A stretch of DNA of 64,000 nt from the human T2T-CHM13v2.0 reference genome, Homo sapiens, in assembly GCF_009914755.1 (NCBI RefSeq), contig NC_060933.1; one strand, given 5' to 3'. The stretch's first letter is position 1. Every line of letters starts with the position of its first letter. The position numbers were made by a program, and so were the translations under genes. The notes under the pieces are model-generated. The model was not told the DNA's origin and did not search any database. It worked only from the letters and a program-made list of their open reading frames with translations. Positions 55,301 through 64,000 of the stretch are shown piece by piece.

Positions 55301-58300
55301 CGTACCATTCCATTCCATTCCATACCATTCCATTCCATTCCTTTCCATTCCGTTCCATTCCATTCCATTCCATTCCATTCCATTCTATTCGAATTAATTT
55401 CATTCCATTCCATTCCATTCCATTCTATTCCATCCCATTGCAATCGAGTTGAATCCATTGCATTTCATTCCATTCCATTCCATTCCATTCCATTCCGGAA
55501 GATTCCATTCCATTGCATTCCATTCCATTCCATTCCCCTGCACTCGCGTTGATTCCATTCCATTCCATTCCATTCCATTCCGTTCCGTTCCATTCCATTC
55601 CATTCCATTCCATTCCATTCCGTTCCGTTCCATTTCATTCCATTCAATTCTATTCGGGTTAATTCCATTCCATTCCATTCGATTGCAATCGAGTTGATTC
55701 CATTCCATTCCATTCCATTCCATTCCATTCCATTCCATTCCATTCCATTCCTTTCCATTCCATTATGGATGATTCCATTCCATTGCATTCCATTCCATTC
55801 CATTCCCCTGTACTCGGGTTGATTCCATTCCATTCCATTCCAATCCATGCCATTCCACTCGTGTTGATTCCATTCTTTCCATTCCATTCAAGTTGAATCC
55901 ATTCCATTGCATTCCATTCAATTCGATTCCATTCGATTGCACTCGGGTTGATTCCATTCCATTGCATTCCATTCCATTCCATTCCATTCCATTCCATTCC
56001 ATTCCGTTCCATTCCATTCCTTTACATTCGGATTGATTCCATTCAATTCCCTTACAATCCATTACATTCCATTCCATTCGGGTAGTTTCCATTCCATTCC
56101 ATTCCATTCCATTCCATTCCTCTCCATTCCATTGCACTCGGGTTGATTCCATTCCATTGCATTCCATTCCATTCCATTCAATTCCATTCCGTTCCATGCC
56201 ATTCCATTACATTCGGATTGATTCTATTCAACTCCCTTACTCTCCATTACATTCCATTCCATTCGGGTTGTTCCATTCCATTCCATTCCATTCCACTCCA
56301 TTCCATTGCACTCGGGTTGATTCCATTCCATTCCATTCCATTGCATTCCATTCCATTCCATTCCCCTGCAGTCGGGTTGATTCCATTCCATTCCATTCCA
56401 TTCCATTCCATTCCATTCCGTTCCGTTCCATTCCATTCCTTTCCATTCTATTCGGGTTAATTCCATTCCATTCCATTCCATTCCATTCCAATCGAGTTGA
56501 TTCCATTCCATTCCATTCCATTCCATTCCATTCCATTCCACTCCATTCCATTCCACTCCATTCCAGTCCTTTCCATTCCATTCCACTCGGGTTGATTCCA
56601 ATGTATTCCTTTCTATTCCATTCCATTCCATTACAATCGAGTTGATTCCATTGCTTTGCATTCCATTCCATTCCATTCCATTCCGGATGATTCCATTCCA
56701 TTGCATTCCATTCCATTCCATTCCATTCCATTCCATTCCATTACAATCGAGTTGATTCCATTCCATTCCATTCCATTCCAGTCTTTCCATTCCATTCCAC
56801 TTGGGTTGATTCCATGCTATTAGTTTCCATTCCATTCCATTCCCTTCCATTCCACTCTGGTTGATACCATTCCTTTCCATTCCACTCGAATACATTCCCT
56901 CCTATTCCACTCGGAACGATTCCATTCCATTCCATTCCATTCCATTCCATTCCATTCCATTCCATTGTACTCAGGTTGATTCAATTCCATTGCATTCCAT
57001 TCCATTCCATTCCATTGCATTCCATTCCATTCCATTCCGTTCTATTCCATTCCATTACATTCGGATTGATTCTATTCAACTCCCTTACTCTCCATTACAT
57101 TCCATTCCATTCGGGTTGTTCCATTCCATTCCATTCCATTCCACTCCATTCCATTGCACTCCGGTTGATTCCATTCCATTCCATTCCATTCCATTCCATT
57201 CCATTCCGGATGATTCCATTCCATTGCATTCCGTTCCATTACATTCCCCTGCACTCGCGTTGATTCCATTCCATTCCATTCAATTCCGTTCCATTTCAAT
57301 TCGTTCCATTCCATTCTATTCCGTACCATTCCATTCCTTTCCATACCATTCCATTCCATTCCATTCCGTTCCATTCCGTTCCATTCCATTCCATTCCATT
57401 CTACTCGGATTAATTCCATTCCATTCCATTCCATTCCATTCCATTCCATTCCATTCCATTCCATTCCATTCTATTCCATTCCATTGCAATCGAGTTGAAT
57501 CCATTGCATTCCATTCTATTCCATTCCATTCCATTCCATTCCGGAAGATTCCATTCCATTTCATTCCATTCCATTCCATTCCCCTGCACTCGCGTTGATT
57601 CCATTCCATTCCATTCCATTCCATTCCATTCCGTTCCGTTCCATTCCATTCCATTCCATTCCATTCCATTCCGTTCCGTTCCGTTCCATTCCATTCCATT
57701 CCATTCTATTCGGGTTAATTCCATTCCATTCCATTCGATTGCAATCGAGTTGATTCCATTCCATTCTATTCCATTCCATTCCATTACATTCCATTCCTTT
57801 CCATTCCATTACGGATGATTCCATTCCATTGCATTCCATTCCATTCCATTCCCCTGTACTCGGGTTGATTCCATTGCATTCCATTCCAATCCATGCCATT
57901 CCACTCGTGTTGATTCCATTCTTTCCATTCCATTCAAGTTGAATGCATTCCATTGCATTCCATTCCATTCCATTCCCCTGTACTCGGGTTGATTCCATTC
58001 CATTCCATTCCAATCCATGCCATTCCACTCGTGTTGATTCCATACTTTCCATTCCATTCAAGTTGAATCCATTCCATTGCATTCCATTCCATTCGATTCC
58101 ATTCGATTGCACTCGGGTTGATTCCATTCCATTGCATTCCATTCCATTCCATTCCATTCCATTCCATTCCATTCCATTCCGTTCCATTCCATTCCATTAC
58201 ATTCGGATTGATTCTATTCAATTCCCTTACACTCCACTACATTCCATTCCATTCGGGTAGTTTCCATTCCATTCCATTCCATTCCTCTCCATTCCATTGC

Positions 58301-61300
58301 ACTCGGGTTGATTCCATTCAATTGCATTCCATTCCATTCCATTCAATTCCATTCCGATCCATTCCATTCCATTACATTAGGATTGATTCTATTCAACTCC
58401 CTTACTCTCCATTACATTCCATTCCATTCGGGTTGTTCCATTCTATTCCATTCCATTCCACTCCATTCAATTGCACTCGGGTTTATTCCATTCCATTCCA
58501 TTCCATTCCATTCCGGAAGATTCCATTCCATTGCATTCCATTCCATTCCATTCCCCTGCACTCGCGTTGATTCCATTCCATTCCATTCCATTCCATTCCA
58601 TTCCATTCCATTCCATTCCATTCCTTTCCGTTCCATTCCATTCCATTCCATTCCATTCCAATCCATTCCATTCCGTTCCGTTCCGTTCCATTCCATTCCA
58701 TTCCATTCTATTCGGGTTAATTCCATTCCATTCCATTCGATTGCAATCGAGTTGATTCCATTCCATTCTATTCCATTCCATTCCATTCCATTCCATTCCT
58801 TTCCATTCCATTCCATTTCGGATGATTCCATTCCATTGCATTCCATTCAATTCCATTCCCCTGTACTCGGGTTGATTCCATTGCATTCCATTCCAATCCA
58901 TGCCATTCCACTCGTGTTGATTCCATTCTTTCCATTCCATTCAAGTTGAATCCATTCCATTGCATTCCATTCCATTCCATTCCCCTGCAGTCGGGTTGAT
59001 TCCATTCCATTCCATTCCATTCCATTCCATTCCATTCCATTCCGTTCCGTTCCATTCCATTCCATTCCATTCTATTCGGGTTAATTCAATTCCATTCCAT
59101 TCCATTCCATTCCAATCGAGTTGATTCCATTCCATTCCATTTCATTCCATTCCACTCCATTCCATTCCACTCCATTCCAGTCCTTTCCATTCCATTCCAC
59201 TCGGGTTGATTCCAATGTATTCCTTTCCATTCCATTCCATTCCATTGCAATCGAGTTGATTCCATTGCTTTGCATTCCATTCCATTCCATTCCATTCCGG
59301 ATGATTCCATTCCATTGCATTCCATTCCATTCCACTCCCCTGCACTCGTGTTGTTTCCATTCCATTCCACTCCATTCCATTCCATTCCATTACATTCCAT
59401 TGTATTCGGGTTAATTCCATTCCATTCCATTCCATTCCATTCCATTACAATCGAGTTGATTCCATTCCATTCCATTCCATTCCAGTCCTTTCCATTCCAT
59501 TCCACTCGGTTTGATTCCATTCTATTAGTTTCCATTCCATTCCATTCCCTTCCATTCCACTCTGGTTGATACCATTCCTTTCCATTCCACTCGAATACAT
59601 TCCCTCCTATTCCACTCGGAACGATTCCATTCCATTCCATTCCATTCCATTCCATTCCATTCCATTCCATTGTACTCAGGTTGATTCAATTCCATTGCAT
59701 TCCATTCCATTCCATTCAATTCCATTCCATTCCGTTCTATTCCATTCCATTACATTCGGATTGATTCTATTCAACTCCCTTACTCTCCATTCCATTCCAT
59801 TCCAATCGAGTTGATTCCATTCCATTCCATTCCATTCCATTCCACTCCATTCCAGTCCTTTCCATTCCATTCCACTCGGGTTGATTCCAATGTATTCCTT
59901 TCCATTCCATTCCATTCCATTGCATTCCGTTCCATTACATTCCCCTGCACTCGCGTTGATTCCATTCCATTCCATTCCATTCCATTCAATTCCATTCCAT
60001 TACAATTCGTTCCATTCCATTCTATTCCGTACCATTCCATTCCATTCCATTCCAATCGAGTTGATTCCTTTCCATTCCATTCCATTCCATTCCACTCCAT
60101 TCCAGTCCTTTCCATTCCATTCCACTCGGGGTGATTCCAATGTATTCCTTTCCATTCCATTCCATTCCATTGCAATCGAGTTGATTCCATTGCTTTGCAT
60201 TCCATTTTATTCCATTCCATTCCGGATGATTCCATTCCATTGCCTTCCATTCCATTCCATTCCCCTGCACTCGGGTTGATTCCATTCCATTCCACTCCAT
60301 TCCGTACCATTCCATTCCATTCCATTCCATTGTATTCGGGTTAATTCCATTCCATTCCATTCCATTCCATTCCATTCCATTCCATTCCATTCCATTGCAA
60401 TCGAGTTGATTCCATTCCATTTCATTCCATTCCATTCCATTACATTCCATTCCAATCGAGTTGATTCCATTCCATTTCATTCCATTCCATTCCATTCCAT
60501 TCCATTCCATTCCAGTCCTTTCCATTCCAATCCACTCGGGTTGATTCCATTCTATTAGTTTCCATTCCATTCCATTCTCTTCCATTCCACTCTGGGTGAT
60601 TCCATTCCTTTCCATTCCACTCGAATACATTCCCTCCTATTCTACTCGGAACGATTCCATTCCATTCCATTCCATTCCATTCCATTCCATTCCATTCCAT
60701 TCCATTCCATTTCGTTCCATTCCATTCTGTTCCGTATCATTCCATTCCATTCCATTCCATTCCCTTCCATTCCATTCCATTACATTCCACTCGTGTTGAT
60801 TCCATTCCTTTCCATTCCATTCGGTTTGAAGGCATTCCATTCCATTCCATTCCATTCCATTCCATTCCATTCCATTTTACTCGGGTTGATTCCATTCCAT
60901 TGCATTCCATTCCATTCCAATCCGTTGCATTCCATTCCATTACATTCGGATTGATTCTATTCAACTCCCTTACTCTCCATTACATTCCATTCCATTCGGG
61001 TTGTTCCATTCCATTCCATTCCATTCCACTCCATTCCATTGCACTCGGGTTGATTCCATTCCATTCCATTCCATTCCATTCCATTCCGGATGATTCCGTT
61101 CCATTGCATTCCTTTCCATTACATTCCCCTGCACTCGCGTTGATTCCATTCCATTCCATTCCATTCCATTCCATTCAATTCCATTCCATTTCAATTCGTT
61201 CCATTCCATTCTATTCCGTAGCATTCCATTCCATTCCATACCATTCCATTCCATTCCATTCCATTCCATTCCATTCCATTCCGTTCCATTCCATTCCGTT

Positions 61301-64000
61301 CCATTCCATTCCATTCCATTCTATTCGGGTTAATTCCATTCCATTCCATTCCAATCTATTCCATTCCATTGCAATCGAGTTGAATCCATTGCATTTCAAT
61401 CCATTCCATTCCATTCCATTCCATTCCATTGCAATCGAGTTGAATCCATTGCATTTCATTCCATTCCATTCCATTCCATTCCATTCCGGAAGATTCCATT
61501 CCATTGCATTCCATTCCATTCCATTCCCCTGCACTCGCGTTGATTCCATTCCATTCCATTCCATTCCATTCCGTTCCGTTCCGTTCCATTTCATTCCATT
61601 CCATTCCATTCCATTCAGTTCCGTTCCATTCCATTCCATTCCATTCTATTCGGGTTAATTCCATTCCATTCCATTCGATTGCAATCGAGTTGATTCCATT
61701 CCATTCCATTCCATTCCATTCCGGATGATTCCATTCTATTGCATTCCATTCCATTCCATTCCCCTGCAGTCGGGTTGATTCCATTCCATTCCATTCCATT
61801 CCATTCCATTCCATTCCATTCCGTTCCATTCCATTCCATTCCATTCTATTCGGGTTAATTCCATTCCATTCCTTTCCATTCCATTCCATTCCATTCCAAT
61901 TGAGTTGATTCCATTCCATTCCATTCCATTCCATTCCACTCCATTCCAGTCCTTTCCATTCCATTACACTCGGGTTGATTCCGTTCTATTCCTTTCCATT
62001 CCATTCCATTCCATTGCAATCGAGTTGATTCCTTTGCTTTGCATTCTATTCCATTCCATTCCATTCGGGATGATTCCATTCCATTGCATTCCATTCCATT
62101 CCATTCCCCTGCACTCGGGTTGATTCCATTCCATTCCACTCCATTCCGTTCCATTCTAGTCCATTCCATTGTATTCGGGTTAATTCCATTCCATTCCATT
62201 CCATTCCATTCCATTCCATTACAATGTAGTTGAATCCATTCCATTCCATTCCATTCCATTACATTCCATTCCAGTCCTTTCCATTCCATTCCACTCGGGT
62301 TGATTCCATTCTATTAGTTTCCATTCCATTCCATTCCCTTCCATTCCAATCTGGTTGATTCCATTCCTATCCATTCCACTCGAATACATTCCCTCCTATT
62401 CCACTCAGAACGATTCCATTCCATTCCATTCCATTCCATTCCATTCCATTCCATTCCATTCCATTCCAGTTCGTTCCATTCCATTCTATTCCGTACCATT
62501 CTATTCTATTCCATTCCTTTCCATTCCATTCCATTCCACTCGTGGTGATTCCATTCCTTTCCATTCCATTCGGTTTGAAGGCATTCCATTCCATTCAATT
62601 CCATTCCATTCCATTCCATTCCATTCCATTCCATTCCATTGTACTCGAGTTGATTCCATTCCATTGCATTCAATTCCATTCCATTCCATTCCATTGTACT
62701 CGAGTTGATTCCATTCCATTGCATTCCATTCCATTCCATTCCATTCCAATCCGTTGCATTCCATTCCATTACATTCGGATTGATTCTATTCAACTCCCTT
62801 ACTCTCCATTACATTCCATTCCATTCGGGTTGTTCCATTCCATTCCATTCCATTCCACTCCATTCCATTGCACTCGGGTTGATTCCATTCCATTCCATTC
62901 CATTCCATTCCATTCCGGATGATTCCATTCCATTGCATTCCGTTCCATTACATTTCCCTGCACTCGCGTTGATTCCATTCCATTCCATTCCATTCCATTC
63001 AATTCCATTCCATTGCAATTCGTTCCATTCCATTCTATTCCGTAGCATTCCATACAATTCCATTCCATTCCATTCCATTCCATTCCATTCCGTTCCATTC
63101 TGTTCCTTTCCATTCCATTCCATTCTATTCGGATTAATTCCATTCCATTCCATTCCGTTCCATTCCATTCCATTCCATTCCTTTCCATTCCATTACATTC
63201 CATTTCGTTCCATTCCATTCTATTCCGTACGATTCCATTGCATTCCATTCCATTCCATTCCTTTGCATTCCATTGAAATCGAGTTGATTCCATTCCATTC
63301 CGTTCCATTCCATTCTATTCCATTCCATTCCGGATGATTCCATTCCACTGCATTCCATTCCATTAAATTCCCCTGCACTTGGGGTGATTCCTTTCCATTC
63401 TATTCTATTCCATTCCATTCCATTCCATTCCATTCCATTCCATTCCATTTCATTGCAATCGAGTTGATTCCATTGCATTCCATTCCATTCCATTCCAGTC
63501 CTTTCCATTCCATTCCACTCGGGTTGATTCCATTCTATTCCTTTCCATTCCATTCGATTCCATTCCATTCCACTCTGGTTGATACCATTCCTTTTCATTC
63601 CACTCGAAAACATTCCCTTCTATTCCACTCGGAATGATTCCATTCCATTCCATTCCATTCCATTCCATTCCATTCCGTTTCGTTCCATTACATTCTATTC
63701 CGTACCATTCCACTCCATTCCATTCCATTCCATTCCATGCCATTCCTCTCGGGTTGATTCCATTCCTTTCCATTCCATTCGGGTTGAATCCATTCCATTC
63801 CATTCCTTTCCATTCCATTCCATTCCATTGCACTCGGGTTGATTCCATTCCATTCCATTCCGTTCCATTCCGGATGACTCCATTCCATTGCATTCCATTC
63901 CATTCCATTCCCCTGCACTCGGTTTCATTACATTACATTCCATTCACTTCCATTCCATTCCATTCCATTCCATTCCATTCCATTCCATTCCATTTCAATC
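52358..64000 (-). repeat. Satellite III (HSat3) array, inverted arm ((ATTCC)n on +)
   Basis: Same pentamer and same modules in reverse complement (ACTCGGGTTG, AATCGAGTTG, ATTCGGGTTAA, CCGGATG) from 52,358 to the window end. Confidence 0.97.
63230..64000 (-). repeat. Start of a type-B-like HSat3 block on the inverted arm
   Basis: Reverse complements of GGATTCAACCCGAATGGAATGGAAAGG, CAACCCGAGAGGAATGGCATGG, CAACTCGATTTCAATGG and TCATTCCGAGTGGAATAGAAGGG, which match or resemble the 21.2-28.6 kb block. Confidence 0.6.

Noticed and set aside
63920-63950. Irregular stretch GGTTTCATTACATTACATTCCATTCACTTCC as an array edge or insertion
   Set aside because: Normal ATTCC repeats resume immediately, so it is best read as local divergence in the type-B-like block.
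1-64000. Hundreds of 60-454 aa ORFs on both strands as protein-coding genes
   Set aside because: They are the automatic translation of a stop-free pentamer (WNGME / FHSIP), overlap in all six frames and show no domain-like content.
1-64000. CRISPR-like repeat-spacer array (conserved CAACCCGAGT words separated by variable stretches)
   Set aside because: The 'spacers' are just GGAAT runs with no unique sequence or constant length. There is no leader and no cas genes, and the context is eukaryotic satellite.
1-64000. HSat2 or DYZ1 assignment
   Set aside because: It lacks the CATTCGATTC/GATGAT-dominated HSat2 pattern. Long perfect GGAAT runs with CAACCCGAGT indicate HSat3, and no rigid ~3.6 kb DYZ1-like unit is visible.

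Overview
The whole 64 kb window is one uninterrupted pentameric satellite array: (GGAAT)n interspersed with CAACCCGAGT-type variant modules. This is human/great-ape classical satellite III (HSat3), most resembling the chromosome 9q12 type; the chromosome assignment is inference. There are no genes, RNA genes, transposons or CRISPR arrays. Every ORF in the track is the poly-(WNGME) or poly-(FHSIP) reading of the pentamer. The structure worth noting is: (1) a clean strand switch at about 52,357, GGAAT on + to the left and ATTCC on + to the right, whose junction looks like a two-step fold-back (15-bp perfect stem, 15-nt loop, then about 0.8 kb of mirrored module order); (2) a fixed vocabulary of variant modules cycling at about 0.85 kb; (3) a distinct, more diverged sub-type block at about 21.2-28.6 kb that reappears inverted at the right end; (4) several segmental duplications traceable by private variants, the clearest about 2.5 kb long at about 6.8 kb offset. 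I found no novel protein-coding system. All coordinates and counts were read by eye.
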